Source: an uncultured cyanobacterium (GTDB lineage Bacteria; Cyanobacteriota; Cyanobacteriia; Cyanobacteriales; Nostocaceae). From it: a stretch of 64,000 bases of DNA. The stretch spans positions 1,152,001 through 1,216,000 of the forward strand of contig OY970166.1 of the NCBI GenBank assembly GCA_963706595.1, written 5' to 3'. The notes under the pieces are model-generated. The model had not been told where the DNA came from. It saw only the letters and a program-made list of their open reading frames with translations, and ran no database searches. The translations under genes and the position numbers were made by a program. Below are positions 1 through 10,229 of this stretch, in pieces; the stretch's first letter is position 1, and each line of letters opens with the position of its first letter.

Positions 1-273
1 CTGAGCCATAACCACCGCCCCTTGATGGTGAACAATCATCCCATCAATGAACCGTAAATCATAGCTAGCATCGGCTGGCCCCAAATCCATTGCATGATCC
101 ATACCACCGTGCTGCATTTGCTGCTGGGCGCTTGTTTCGGTTACAGTCGTATTGGGGTTGTTAGCATTTTCGGAACTCGTTGTGGAACAAGCCGTCAAAA
201 CTCCGCCCGATAAAGATGTCAACACTACAAAGCTCAACGCCAGAAACTTATTTTTCCCAGATAAAATTTGCAT
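1..273 (-). CDS. DUF305 / CopM-like lipoprotein, 5' part (continues past the window edge)
   Basis: Not in the ORF track. Manual translation from ATG at 273 gives MQILSGKNKFLALSFVVLTSLSGGVLTAC (lipobox-like)...MQHGGMDHAMDLGPADASYDLRFIDGMIVHHQGAVVMAQ, the DUF305 signature. Confidence 0.85.
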   Translation of the reverse strand, partial: MQILSGKNKFLALSFVVLTSLSGGVLTACSTTSSENANNPNTTVTETSAQQQMQHGGMDHAMDLGPADASYDLRFIDGMIVHHQGAVVMAQ

Positions 274-305
274 AACTCTCATCCATAAGACATAACTCCG
301 ATTAT

Positions 306-338
306 ATGATCAACTCTCCAGTTAACTAGAGAGTCAAG
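306..338 (-). promoter_or_regulatory. MerR-family (PbrR/CadR/CueR-like) promoter-operator
   Basis: Minus strand reads TTGACT-CTCTAGTTAACTGGAGAGT-TGATCAT. A -35 box overlaps a near-perfect 22-bp dyad (313-334) lying in a long spacer, upstream of the DUF305 gene. Confidence 0.65.
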
Positions 339-382
339 CTGTGCAGGAATTTTTACCCCACTATTGAGCATGGCAGACAAAG

Positions 383-399
383 ATGAAACCAGGATGAAA
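383..399 (-). promoter_or_regulatory. Putative CopR/OmpR-type direct repeat TTTCAT-N5-TTTCAT
   Basis: Plus strand reads ATGAAA-ccagg-ATGAAA (11-bp period), between the divergent DUF305 and protease genes. Confidence 0.5.
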
Positions 400-484
400 T
401 GCTGCTATTCCCTGACTACAATAGAAAGTAAAGTATCCCCTCCAGGTGATTGGGCATTTATTCCCCAGTCCCAGAGCATGGCTT

Positions 485-1609
485 ATGAAACGATTTTTCC
501 AGCAATCGGCTTTTTGCTTAGTTATACTTCTGAATGGATGTAGTATACCTACCAGAGATGTCAGAAATATTCAACAACCACTAGACATAAACCTGCTAGC
601 GAAATCAACCGCCAATTCTGATATAAATTATATAACGCGTGTTGTTCAACAGGTCGGTCCCGCAGTGGTGCGAATTGACTCCACGCGCACTGTAGCAATA
701 TCTCCTGACCCTGTACTAGAAAGATTTTTTCCGGGACAGTTGCCCACGAGAGAAGAAGAGCAACAAGGACTTGGCTCAGGGTTTATTACTACTGCTGATG
801 GTTTAATTTTTACTAATGCTCATGTGGTGGCAGATGCAGATAAGGTAACAGTTCTATTGAAAGATGGTCGCAGTTTTCAAGGCGAAGTGGTGGGTGCTGA
901 CTCTGTTACCGATGTTGCTGTTGTCAAAATTGCAGCTACGGAATTACCAATAGTAACGTTGGGTAACTCAGATAAATTAATGCCGGGAGAACCTGCGATC
1001 GCGATCGGTAATCCTTTAGGATTAGATAATACCGTCACCCAAGGAATTATCAGCGCCACACAGCGTTCTGTAGCGGCGTTGGGTGTACCAACCGAGCGAG
1101 TAGACTTTATCCAAACCGATGCAGCCATTAACCCTGGTAACTCTGGCGGTCCTTTACTCAATGCTCAAGGAGAGGTAATTGGGATGAACACCGCCATCAT
1201 CCAGGGAGCGCAAGGATTAGGTTTTGCCATTCCCATCAATACTGCTCAACGAATTGCAGCACAATTAATCGAAAAAGGACGAGTAGACCACCCCTACATC
1301 GGTATCCAAATGGCTCAGTTAAGTCCTGAATTGCGTCAGAAAATTAATCAAAGTGATGTTGGGATTACCATTACTCAGGATAGAGGTATCATTATTCTAG
1401 GAGTCGCCCGCAACTCACCTGCTTTCCGGGCTGGAATCCGTCCCGGTGATATTATTGAAACTATTAATAATGTAGCCATTCAAGATGTCAAGCAAGTGCA
1501 GCAACAAGTAGAAGCCACCAATATTGGTGAACCGATGCAAATTACTATCAATCGTGATGGTAGCAGACAACAAATCACAGTGCAACCAGAAGCTTTACCC
1601 ACAAAATAG
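485..1609 (+). CDS. HtrA/HhoA-family trypsin-like serine protease with PDZ domain
   Basis: Motifs TNAHVV, TDVAVVK, TDAAINPGNSGGPL and a C-terminal PDZ. ATG 485 preferred over GTG 446. Confidence 0.95.
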   Translation: MKRFFQQSAFCLVILLNGCSIPTRDVRNIQQPLDINLLAKSTANSDINYITRVVQQVGPAVVRIDSTRTVAISPDPVLERFFPGQLPTREEEQQGLGSGFITTADGLIFTNAHVVADADKVTVLLKDGRSFQGEVVGADSVTDVAVVKIAATELPIVTLGNSDKLMPGEPAIAIGNPLGLDNTVTQGIISATQRSVAALGVPTERVDFIQTDAAINPGNSGGPLLNAQGEVIGMNTAIIQGAQGLGFAIPINTAQRIAAQLIEKGRVDHPYIGIQMAQLSPELRQKINQSDVGITITQDRGIIILGVARNSPAFRAGIRPGDIIETINNVAIQDVKQVQQQVEATNIGEPMQITINRDGSRQQITVQPEALPTK

Positions 1610-1764
1610 CAAGAATCAAAAGATATATTCACTCTCTCTATCCTTTGCTAGAGGCAGAAGAAACTACTTTTTATTACACTGCTAATGACATTTATCAACC
1701 AATACAGTTCAGTTAAACTTAGATGAGGTAAAAACAAACCAAACAAAATAATTAAACAGCTTGA

Positions 1765-1796
1765 TTTATCGGCGTTTATCGGCGTTTATCGGCGTT
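1765..1796. repeat. 10-bp tandem repeat (TTTATCGGCG)x3
   Basis: Read directly from the sequence. Confidence 0.85.
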
Positions 1797-1883
1797 CAAG
1801 TAATCTTATCTGAACTATATGGATTTATCACTCATTATACCATTTCTTGATGAAGAAGCGAGCTAAGAAGATAAATTCGTACC

Positions 1884-2273
1884 TTATTTAAAGAGGCTAT
1901 TTGGAGAAAACTTTCCATTTTTAGGTGAATATTCGGGGCAATCCTGCGCTTCTTCGGTGAGAACAATAGAAGGTTGTACTGCACATTTGAGATAATGATT
2001 ATTTGCATAAAAGCGACAATTTTTACACGGAACTTTATGTAAACCTTTGACAGGAAAAACCATCTTATTGTCTAAAAAAGTCCGAATTTTTTGCAATATC
2101 AGGAAAAAAAGTACCCAACTGAATAGCAAGGCTATGGGAGATAAAGTTAAAGCTATCTCAGGGATATCTAAGCCATCTGCTTGCATTTGCTCTTGTTTAA
2201 CTTCACTACGAGTAACCTGAGAAAAATTTTTAGTTTCAGCTATTGTTTTTAACAGAATTGGCTCAACAGACAT
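1884..2273 (-). CDS. Hypothetical membrane protein with Cys-rich C-terminus
   Basis: One TM segment, then PCKNCRFY...LKCAVQP...CPEY. Confidence 0.75.
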   Translation of the reverse strand: MSVEPILLKTIAETKNFSQVTRSEVKQEQMQADGLDIPEIALTLSPIALLFSWVLFFLILQKIRTFLDNKMVFPVKGLHKVPCKNCRFYANNHYLKCAVQPSIVLTEEAQDCPEYSPKNGKFSPNSLFK

Positions 2274-2410
2274 CTTCTTTAACCTCAACTATATACAATA
2301 CGTTGATTTTTGATCCCCAGTTAATTGGTGCTTTGAGAATAGCCATAAAATTTCATCGGCTTTGGTCGGCGGTTAATTATTGATTTATGGGAATTTGCCC
2401 AGATTTTAAT

Positions 2411-2492
2411 TAGCAACCGCCAAAGAGGTTAAGACATAAACGGATAATCAAACTTAGACACCAAAAGGGTTTTAACCCACTCCCCACTCCCC
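2411..2492. repeat. Dispersed repeat; inverted copy at about 40240-40333
   Basis: TAGCAACCGCCAAAGAGGTTAAGACATAAA...TTTAACCCACTCCCCACTCCCC matches the reverse complement of the sequence downstream of gor. Confidence 0.75.
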
Positions 2493-2869
2493 AGCTAGAA
2501 TTAGCAAATAAGGATAAACTTTAAGAATGATCACTTTCCCAATTAAACCCAAGTTTTGGCAGGCTGAACAGTTAGTATTGTTTCTTTCCTTGATTAACTA
2601 AATTTTAGATATCGGTGATGTTTTAATTATATATTTAGCAAAATAAAATTTATCCTATATCTGTCGATAGTTTTGTTGATAAAAGTTGATAGTATACCTA
2701 AAGAAATATCTTAATAAATTGTCTTAAAAGCCGACCATTTTATGTTAAAATCGAGCAGAATAAAAGCTTTATTTCGCTGAGATAGCCAATTCAAATTATT
2801 ATCTATGTATTTTATCCAGACAAAAGGAGAATATATTTTTTATAAATTCAGTATACTGAGGAATCATTA

Positions 2870-3220
2870 ATGTTGAACCTTCTTCTGACTTGGTTAGTTA
2901 CCACAATCAGTTTTTTAATTATTTCTAGAATACCTATAGGTATTGAAATTGATAGTTTTGGCAAAGCAGCGATTTCGGCGGCTGTTTTCGGAGTATTAAA
3001 TGCAATTTTGCTACCAATTCTGAGTTTAGTGACATTACCGGCGATTATTCTGAGCTTTGGATTATTTTTCTTTGTGTTGAATGCGATAATTTTTGCGTTG
3101 GCGGCTGCTTTAGTTCCGGGTTTTACTCTCAGATGGGGCTTTTGGAGTGCATTTATTGGCTCGATTACTTTAGCAGTTGTTAATTCTATTCTTTTGGCTA
3201 TTGTCAGAACATGGGTTTAA
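2870..3220 (+). CDS. Phage holin family / YvlD-like 4-TM membrane protein
   Basis: Four hydrophobic segments; GVLNAILLPIL...TLP...GLFFFVLNA pattern. Confidence 0.85.
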   Translation: MLNLLLTWLVTTISFLIISRIPIGIEIDSFGKAAISAAVFGVLNAILLPILSLVTLPAIILSFGLFFFVLNAIIFALAAALVPGFTLRWGFWSAFIGSITLAVVNSILLAIVRTWV

Positions 3221-3289
3221 AATAATGGTTAAATCACAGTAAAAGTTAACTTTTTAGTCGTCCAAATATTCATCGTGGTGTGAAGAGTT

Positions 3290-4084
3290 ATGTCCAAATT
3301 TATCAAAGAAAAAATTGCATTTGTACTCACATTAGGACTGGTGGCTATTATCCTAATTTCTTGTCAAGCAGTACCCCTGGCTGAATCACAATCTCCTCCA
3401 GCAACTCCCACTACTGTAACTTTTCCCCCTGTAGCTTCTCCTGATGGAGAACTGAGTGCTAGTCCAGCAAAATTACCACTATTACCCTATGATTATTCGG
3501 CATTAGGAAAAGCTATTGATGCAGAAACTATGAAACTACATCATGATGGACACCATGCTAGTTATGTGAATAATCTTAATGATGCTCTCAAACAAGAGCC
3601 AGATTTGCAAAAAAGCAGTGTGGAAGATTTGCTGCGAGACTTAAATAAGGTTCCGGAAAATATTCGGACAAAAGTCCGCAATAACGGTGGTGGACATCTT
3701 AACCACACGATTTTTTGGCAAATTATGAGTCCTGAAGGTGGTGGGGAACCAACAGACGAAATTGCTGCGGAAATTAACCAAACTTTTGGCAGTTTTGATG
3801 AGTTTAAAAAACAGTTTAACGCAGCTGGAGGCGATCGCTTCGGTAGTGGTTGGGTTTGGCTAGTGCGTAACCCCGCCGGAGAACTGCAAATCCTGACTAC
3901 AGCTAATCAAGATAACCCGATTATGGATGGTGCATATCCAATTATGGGTAACGATGTCTGGGAACACGCATATTACTTGAGATATCGCAACCGTCGGGCG
4001 GAGTATTTAACTAATTGGTGGAATGTGGTGAATTGGCCGGAAATTAACAAGCGATCGCTTGTTTCATTGCAGTCAGGTAGATAA
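3290..4084 (+). CDS. sodA: Mn superoxide dismutase with N-terminal membrane anchor/signal
   Basis: Motifs [15 protein letters not shown] (Mn-type), [16 protein letters not shown]. Confidence 0.93.
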   Translation: MSKFIKEKIAFVLTLGLVAIILISCQAVPLAESQSPPATPTTVTFPPVASPDGELSASPAKLPLLPYDYSALGKAIDAETMKLHHDGHHASYVNNLNDALKQEPDLQKSSVEDLLRDLNKVPENIRTKVRNNGGGHLNHTIFWQIMSPEGGGEPTDEIAAEINQTFGSFDEFKKQFNAAGGDRFGSGWVWLVRNPAGELQILTTANQDNPIMDGAYPIMGNDVWEHAYYLRYRNRRAEYLTNWWNVVNWPEINKRSLVSLQSGR

Positions 4085-4189
4085 AATTGGTGAGGCAACA
4101 TTTTGATTTTGTTTAAACGCAGAGGGGCGCGGAGGTAGCGCAGAGGTACGCGGAGTTTTTGCGGAGGTTTTTAAGCAAGGTTCGTAGTA

Positions 4190-4780
4190 GTGAGTATTTT
4201 ACAACGGATATCTATATTTGTTCTGGCAATACTGGCTTTAATTTCACTGGTTTTGATTGCCTCTCCCGCAGTTATTATACCTCCAGTTAACCCAGTGGAG
4301 CCAGTGACTATTTATGTGGTTGATTTAGGTTTACATTCGCGGTTGGTTTTGCCTGATGGTGATGATGGTTTCATTCAGTATGCTTATGGTGATTGGCGTT
4401 ATTTTGCGTTAAATCATGACGATTTGGGTAGTGGCTTTGCAGCGTTGCTGTTTCCGACTCAGGGAACTTTGGGTAGACGAAAATATGAGAATATTGCCCA
4501 GTTGCAGCAGGCTATAGATGGTAATATTAATATCCTGAATTTTGCGGTAGCAAGGGCTAAGGCTATAGGACTACGAAATTTGTTGGATAAACGCTTTAAT
4601 CGAAATATTGCAACGCAGATTTTTAATCCAGTGAATCAAATGAATTTTGTTCAAGATGATTTGGATTATACTTTGTATCACAATAGTAATCATGAGTTGG
4701 TTCTGTGGTTACAAAGTTTAGATTGTCGGGTTGAGGGTTTTGTGTTGTTGGCTGATTTTCAAGTGCAATATTGGCGTTAA
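4190..4780 (+). CDS. Hypothetical protein (DUF2459-like)
   Basis: N-terminal TM, LHSRLVLP, YAYGDWRYF. Family from recall only. Confidence 0.65.
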   Translation: MSILQRISIFVLAILALISLVLIASPAVIIPPVNPVEPVTIYVVDLGLHSRLVLPDGDDGFIQYAYGDWRYFALNHDDLGSGFAALLFPTQGTLGRRKYENIAQLQQAIDGNINILNFAVARAKAIGLRNLLDKRFNRNIATQIFNPVNQMNFVQDDLDYTLYHNSNHELVLWLQSLDCRVEGFVLLADFQVQYWR

Positions 4781-4954
4781 TTAGACTATGTTGGGTGGTT
4801 AGTGGTTAGTGTAATTTGGCTATATTTATAGCGGTTATCAGTTAAGTGAGATACAAGAACCCCACCCCCAACCCCCTCCCCCGAAGTTCACCCGGAGGGA
4901 AACCCTCCTTGTGACTTCTCTCCGCCGCGAGGAGGGGGCTATGATGTACTTCAT

Positions 4955-6013
4955 TCAAATGTAAGTATTAAGCGATCGCGCAGTTTGCACTAAGAAGTTA
5001 TCCGGATCTACAAGACATGGACTGGAAGCTAAAACTGCTGCTAAAGGAACTGCAACAACTTGTCCATTTTGCCAAGCTACCATCTGTGCAGATTGACCAT
5101 CTGCTAACAAATCTACCGCAGCTTTACCAAAGGCTGTGGCGATTAAACGGTCTAAAGCTGAGGGTATACCACCGCGTTGAATGTGTCCTAAAACGGAAAC
5201 CCGAATGTCAATTTGATGTTGAGTGCAATAACGAATCTCATCGGCGATATATTGACCCATACCACAGGATGGCCGTTCACAGGATGAATAGGTGGATGAA
5301 TCTACGGCGATTTGAGCGCCTTCTGCGACAACGACAATTGCAAATCTGCGTCCCCAGCGATCGCGCAATTCTGCCAAATGCTCACACACACCTCTAATTG
5401 AATAGGGAATTTCGGGAATTAAAATCACATCTGCACCCCCAGCTATACCGGATTGTAGTGCTAAATGACCGGCTTTGCGTCCCATGACTTCCACAATCAT
5501 TACCCGGTCATGACTAGCAGCTGTAAATGTCAAACGATTCAGCGCATCAACAATGGTATTTACAGCAGTATCAAACCCCACAACTCTTTCTGTCTGACCG
5601 ACATCATTATCAATCGTTTTGGGAATCGCCACAAACTGCCAATTTCCTAAACTTTGCAGTTGGGTAAGAATTGCTAAACTCCCATCGCCACCAATCCCAA
5701 TCAAAGCATCTAATTCTAAAGCATGATAACCTGCAATAATTTCCTCCGCATGAGCCAGAGTATCCCCTTTATTAATACTACCAAGAATCGTGCCTCCCAT
5801 ATTCAGTAAAGGGTCAATACCACGTAAATCTAGACCATGTATGTTTAGAGGAGTTGCCTTTCTTTCTAAAAGTCCTCTCGTCGCATAGGGAATACCCAAT
5901 ACCTGCCAGTTATAGGTGAGAGTAGCATGACTCACAACTGCCCGAATTACAGCATTAAGTCCTGGACAATCGCCACCACTGGTAAGAATACCCAGTCGTT
6001 TTTGCATAGTCAT
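4955..6013 (-). CDS. pfkA: 6-phosphofructokinase
   Basis: Motifs TSGGDCPGLN, GGDGS, PKTIDND, EVMGR, LGHIQRGG. Confidence 0.95.
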   Translation of the reverse strand: MTMQKRLGILTSGGDCPGLNAVIRAVVSHATLTYNWQVLGIPYATRGLLERKATPLNIHGLDLRGIDPLLNMGGTILGSINKGDTLAHAEEIIAGYHALELDALIGIGGDGSLAILTQLQSLGNWQFVAIPKTIDNDVGQTERVVGFDTAVNTIVDALNRLTFTAASHDRVMIVEVMGRKAGHLALQSGIAGGADVILIPEIPYSIRGVCEHLAELRDRWGRRFAIVVVAEGAQIAVDSSTYSSCERPSCGMGQYIADEIRYCTQHQIDIRVSVLGHIQRGGIPSALDRLIATAFGKAAVDLLADGQSAQMVAWQNGQVVAVPLAAVLASSPCLVDPDNFLVQTARSLNTYI

Positions 6014-6112
6014 GACACCTCAATCTAAAACTTTGTTCTGTCAATTGCAAACGAAAAAATCTACCTAAATGGTGAAGACAACTAAAATATAACAAGACTT
6101 ACGCAAAATTAT

Positions 6113-6212
6113 GAAAAAACGAACCGCCAAGACGCAAAGAACGCCAAGGTAAGAGGGTTTAATAGGTTTTTTGCATCAATTTTCTATGTTTTGACTAAAT
6201 TGGGATGTTCCC
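6113..6212 (-). repeat. Partial copy of the MITE-like element at 9300-9483, lacking the internal ~27-nt insert
   Basis: AAAAACGAACCGCCAAGACGCAAAGAACGCCAAGGTAAGAG...AAATTGGGATGTTCCC aligns with 11760-11885. Confidence 0.75.
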
Positions 6213-6359
6213 GTATCTATGGCTGTTTTTTCTTGATATTAGTTAACTAAAACCCATGAAGAAATTAAGTTTAACTTTCGTCACAAGTTTCTCAAATTGT
6301 TCTTCTATCATCTTAATGGATTGTTAGACTTGGAGCATCGCAACTAAGAGGCGAGAGCG

Positions 6360-6899
6360 ATGGATTTAGCATCTGCTGTTAAAAATAACAACCTAGCAAA
6401 AGCTCCCTCAGCAACAGATACTCAAGGGGATAAGCGTTTAAAAATGCTGTCAGCAACTATCAAACGCTACCAGTATCAACAGGATGCACTGATTGAGATA
6501 TTGCATAAAGCGCAGGAACTTTTTGGCTATTTAGAAAAGGATATATTAGTTTATATCGCGCACCAATTAAAATTACCACCTAGTACAGTTTATGGCGTTG
6601 CGACGTTCTACCATTTTTTTTCACTTGCACCTATTGGTGTGCATAGTTGCATGGTGTGTACAGGTACAGCTTGTTATGTCAAAGGCTCTGAAGAAATCCT
6701 GAACAGTCTGGAAAAGTCTATACATATCCGCCCTGGTGAAACTTCAGCAGATGGTCAAATTTCACTGCTCACAGCCAGGTGTCTCGGTCCTTGTGGAATT
6801 GCGCCTGTTGTAGTATTTGATCATACCGTTTTAGGCGACCAAACTCCGGAATCAGTTGGCGAGTGCATCAAAGGATGGCTGCAAAATGGATCTAGCTGA
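6360..6899 (+). CDS. hoxE: Bidirectional hydrogenase subunit HoxE
   Basis: NuoE-like: [30 protein letters not shown]; first gene of the hox cluster. Confidence 0.95.
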   Translation: MDLASAVKNNNLAKAPSATDTQGDKRLKMLSATIKRYQYQQDALIEILHKAQELFGYLEKDILVYIAHQLKLPPSTVYGVATFYHFFSLAPIGVHSCMVCTGTACYVKGSEEILNSLEKSIHIRPGETSADGQISLLTARCLGPCGIAPVVVFDHTVLGDQTPESVGECIKGWLQNGSS

Positions 6900-8469
6900 A
6901 TTAAAGGAAATTGCCCGCAAAGAATCTGATTCACACAAACCTGTGCAAATTCGCTGTTGTATTGCAGCTGCTTGTCTAGCTACTAATTCACAAGCAGTTA
7001 AACAGCGTCTAGAAGAGGCTGTGACAGCAGAAAATTTGGCGGAAGAAGTGGAAGTTTATGGCGTTGGCTGTATGCGTTTGTGCTGTCAAGGACCATTAGT
7101 ACAAGTAGAAAAAAACACTGAACCAGAAAGTACAAGTACGCTCTACGAAAAAGTTACACCTGATGATGCACCTTCAATTATTACTGCTCTGAATGGGGGA
7201 GAAACAACAGTTTCACAGAGTGATTTAACTCATCCATTTTTTACTTCTCAGATGTCCATTGTGTTAGAAAACAGTGGCAAAGTTGAGCCAGAACGCATTC
7301 AATCTTATATTGCGGCTCAAGGTTATCAAGTGCTTTACCATGTCTTGCGAGAAATGACTCCTACCGAGGTGGTAGATACGATTACCAGCAGTGGTTTACG
7401 AGGACGTGGTGGTGCTGGTTATCCGACAGGTTTGAAATGGGCGACTGTGGCGAAAGCTGAGGGAGAACGGAAGTTTGTGATTTGTAACGCCGATGAAGGA
7501 GATCCGGGGGCGTTTATGGATCGTAGTGTTCTCGAAAGTGACCCGCATCGGGTTTTAGAAGGAATGGCGATCGCAGCTTATGCTGTAGGTGCAAATCACG
7601 GCTACATCTACATTAGAGCCGAATATCCCATAGCGATCCATCGTCTGCAAACTGCAATTAGTCAAGCCCAAAGCTTTGGTATTTTAGGAAGTCAAATTTT
7701 TGACTCTCGCTTTGATTTTAAAATTGATATTCGCATCGGTGCGGGGGCTTATGTCTGTGGTGAAGAAACGGCTTTAATGGCTTCAATTGAGGGTAAACGC
7801 GGTACACCTCATCCCCGTCCGCCTTACCCGGCTGAGTCCGGTTTATGGGGCTATCCGACGTTAATTAATAATGTCGAAACCTACGCCAATGTTGCACCGA
7901 TTATTCGTAAAGGTGCGGAATGGTTCGCCAGTATTGGGACTGAAAAAAGCAAGGGTACAAAAGTTTTCGCTTTAGCAGGTAAAATCACTAACACTGGTTT
8001 GATTGAAGTGCCAATGGGAACTTCTTTACAGCAAATTGTGGAAGTCATGGGCGGTGGTGTACCTGAGAATGGTGTGGTGAAAGCTGTGCAAACTGGTGGA
8101 CCTTCTGGGGGATGTATTCCCGCATCGGCTTTTGATAGTCCGGTGGATTATGAATCTCTCACCCAACTTGGTTCGATTATGGGTTCGGGCGGGATGATTG
8201 TCATGGATGAGAGTACGAATATGGTGGATGTCGCCCGCTATTTTATGGAATTTTGCATGGATGAGTCTTGTGGTAAGTGTATTCCTTGTCGGGTGGGGAC
8301 GGTGCAGTTATATAACTTGTTGACGAGGATTAGTGAGGGTGAGGCTTGTCTTGCTGATTTGGAGTTGCTGGAGGAGTTATGCGACATGGTGAAGCATACG
8401 AGTTTGTGTGGTTTGGGTCAGTCTGCGCCTAATCCGGTTTTTAGGTACTTTGCGGTATTTTCGGGATGA
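6886..8469 (+). CDS. hoxF: Diaphorase subunit HoxF; apparent +1 frameshift near the 3' end, corrected end would be 8515
   Basis: Motifs [39 protein letters not shown]. Removing one G at 8444/8445 restores [14 protein letters not shown]. Confidence 0.93.
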   Translation: MDLAELKEIARKESDSHKPVQIRCCIAAACLATNSQAVKQRLEEAVTAENLAEEVEVYGVGCMRLCCQGPLVQVEKNTEPESTSTLYEKVTPDDAPSIITALNGGETTVSQSDLTHPFFTSQMSIVLENSGKVEPERIQSYIAAQGYQVLYHVLREMTPTEVVDTITSSGLRGRGGAGYPTGLKWATVAKAEGERKFVICNADEGDPGAFMDRSVLESDPHRVLEGMAIAAYAVGANHGYIYIRAEYPIAIHRLQTAISQAQSFGILGSQIFDSRFDFKIDIRIGAGAYVCGEETALMASIEGKRGTPHPRPPYPAESGLWGYPTLINNVETYANVAPIIRKGAEWFASIGTEKSKGTKVFALAGKITNTGLIEVPMGTSLQQIVEVMGGGVPENGVVKAVQTGGPSGGCIPASAFDSPVDYESLTQLGSIMGSGGMIVMDESTNMVDVARYFMEFCMDESCGKCIPCRVGTVQLYNLLTRISEGEACLADLELLEELCDMVKHTSLCGLGQSAPNPVFRYFAVFSG

Positions 8470-8542
8470 GTATTTGGAGTTGTGTCACGCAAAGGCGCAA
8501 AGGCGCAAAGGTTGAAAGAAGAGTTATAAAGGTGAGTGAGAT

Positions 8543-9259
8543 ATGGTTGTTAAGACTTTAACTATTAATGAGCGGTTGGTTAGTGGTCGGGAGGAGGAAA
8601 CTGTTCTGCAAGCGGCGCAGGATGCGGGGATTTATATTCCGACTTTATGTCATTTGCAAGGGGTGACGGATGTGGGGGCTTGTCGGTTGTGTTTGGTGGA
8701 AGTTGCTGGTAGTAATAAGCTTCAGCCTGCTTGTGTGACTAAGGTGACTGAGGGGATGGAGGTTAGGACAGATAGCGATCGCCTACACAAATATCGGCGT
8801 ACAATTATTGAGATGCTGTTTGCTGAAGGTAATCACATTTGCTCGGTATGTGTCGCTAATGGTAATTGTGAATTGCAAGATTTAGCAATTGAGATGGGTA
8901 TGGATCATGTGCGTTTAGATTACCATTTCCCTGATCGTAAGGTCGATGTCTCTCATGATCGTTTTGGTGTTGACCATAACCGTTGTATTCTTTGCACTCG
9001 TTGCATCCGTGTTTGTGATGAAATCGAAGGAGCGCACACTTGGGATATGGCGGGTAGGGGGACAAATTCCCACGTTATCACCGATTTAAATCAGCCTTGG
9101 GGAACTTCAGATACTTGTACTTCTTGCGGTAAATGCGTTGATGCTTGTCCTACAGGTGCATTGTTTGACAAAGGTTCCAGCGTCGCAGAAATGAAACGCG
9201 ATCGCACCAAACTAGATTTTCTCGTCACCGCCAGAGATAAACACCAATGGAACCTTTAA
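8543..9259 (+). CDS. hoxU: Diaphorase Fe-S subunit HoxU
   Basis: Motifs [42 protein letters not shown]. Confidence 0.95.
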   Translation: MVVKTLTINERLVSGREEETVLQAAQDAGIYIPTLCHLQGVTDVGACRLCLVEVAGSNKLQPACVTKVTEGMEVRTDSDRLHKYRRTIIEMLFAEGNHICSVCVANGNCELQDLAIEMGMDHVRLDYHFPDRKVDVSHDRFGVDHNRCILCTRCIRVCDEIEGAHTWDMAGRGTNSHVITDLNQPWGTSDTCTSCGKCVDACPTGALFDKGSSVAEMKRDRTKLDFLVTARDKHQWNL

Positions 9260-9299
9260 ACAATAACTGTTAACTCCCCCACTCCCCAACTACGAACTA

Positions 9300-9483
9300 G
9301 GGAGCATACCAATTTGGTAAAAATATGGAGACTGATGCAAAAACCCTCTGAAATCCTCTTCCCTTGGCGTTCTTTGCGTCTAAAGCCCTGGGGGCATACG
9401 CTGCGCGAAGGCGGTTCGTTTTCCATTCTTCTCTAAGGCAAAATCCCATAAATAAATTGAACTTGCACATTTGGGATGCTCCC
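9300..9483 (+). mobile_element. 184-bp MITE-like element inserted in an STRR tract between hoxU and hoxY
   Basis: Terminal inverted repeats GGGAGCATACCAATT / CATTTGGGATGCTCCC. Partial copies at 6113-6212, 11760-11885 and near 18082. Confidence 0.7.
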
Positions 9484-9486
9484 ATG

Positions 9487-9533
9487 AACTACGAACTACG
9501 AATTACGAACTACGAATTACGAATTACGAATTA
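9487..9533. repeat. Heptamer STRR (AA[C/T]TACG)n
   Basis: About 6-7 units, read directly. Confidence 0.9.
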
Positions 9534-9535
9534 TT

Positions 9536-10081
9536 ATGTCTCGTTTAAAATTAGCAACAGTTTGGTTAGGCGGCTGTTCCGGCTGTCATATGTCCTTTCT
9601 CGACTTAGACGAATGGCTAATAGATTTAGCTGCACAAGCAGACTTAGTTTATAGTCCCTTCGCTGATACCAAAGAATATCCCCAAGGAGTAGATGTAGTG
9701 TTAGTTGAAGGTGCAGTAGCCAACGAAGATCATTTGCAAATGATTCAGATAGTTAGAGAGCGATCGCACATTCTAGTTTCCTTTGGTGATTGTGCAGTTA
9801 CTGGCAATGTTACCGCCTTACGTAACCCTTTAGGCAGTGCCGAACCAGTCCTCCAGCGTTGTTACATAGAAACAGCAGATATTCACCGACAAATTCCCCA
9901 TGAACCTGGAATTGTCCCCACCTTACTAGACCGAGTAGTTCCAGTACATAAAATAGTCCCAGTTGATATTTATATGCCAGGATGTCCACCCTCAGCAACT
10001 AGAATAAAAGCCACATTAGAACCACTATTAAGAGGAGAAAACCCAAAACTAGAAGGACGAGACATGATTAAATTTGGCTAA
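9536..10081 (+). CDS. hoxY: NiFe hydrogenase small subunit HoxY
   Basis: Motifs WLGGCSGCHMS, FGDCA, PGCPP. Confidence 0.95.
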   Translation: MSRLKLATVWLGGCSGCHMSFLDLDEWLIDLAAQADLVYSPFADTKEYPQGVDVVLVEGAVANEDHLQMIQIVRERSHILVSFGDCAVTGNVTALRNPLGSAEPVLQRCYIETADIHRQIPHEPGIVPTLLDRVVPVHKIVPVDIYMPGCPPSATRIKATLEPLLRGENPKLEGRDMIKFG

Positions 10082-10229
10082 CTTAAACACTCCAGAAAAA
10101 TGTATCTTCAAGCACAAAAATAATGTTCCCCCTCCTGCTCCCTCTCCTTACTAAGGAGAGGGCTGGGGTGAGGTTCCATCATACTCTACTGCGTGAATAA
10201 TTCCTATCATTAAAAACCCCAAAAATATT

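Noticed and set aside
2870..3220. Holin-family gene as evidence of a prophage
   Set aside because: This family is commonly chromosomal and no other phage genes are nearby.
8431..8515. hoxF C-terminal frameshift as programmed recoding
   Set aside because: One extra G with no slippery motif; one of four single-base indels in the window, so most likely a sequencing error.
9297..9654. ORFs 9297..9485 and 9364..9654
   Set aside because: Translations of the MITE and STRR (NYELRIT repeats), overlapping hoxY.
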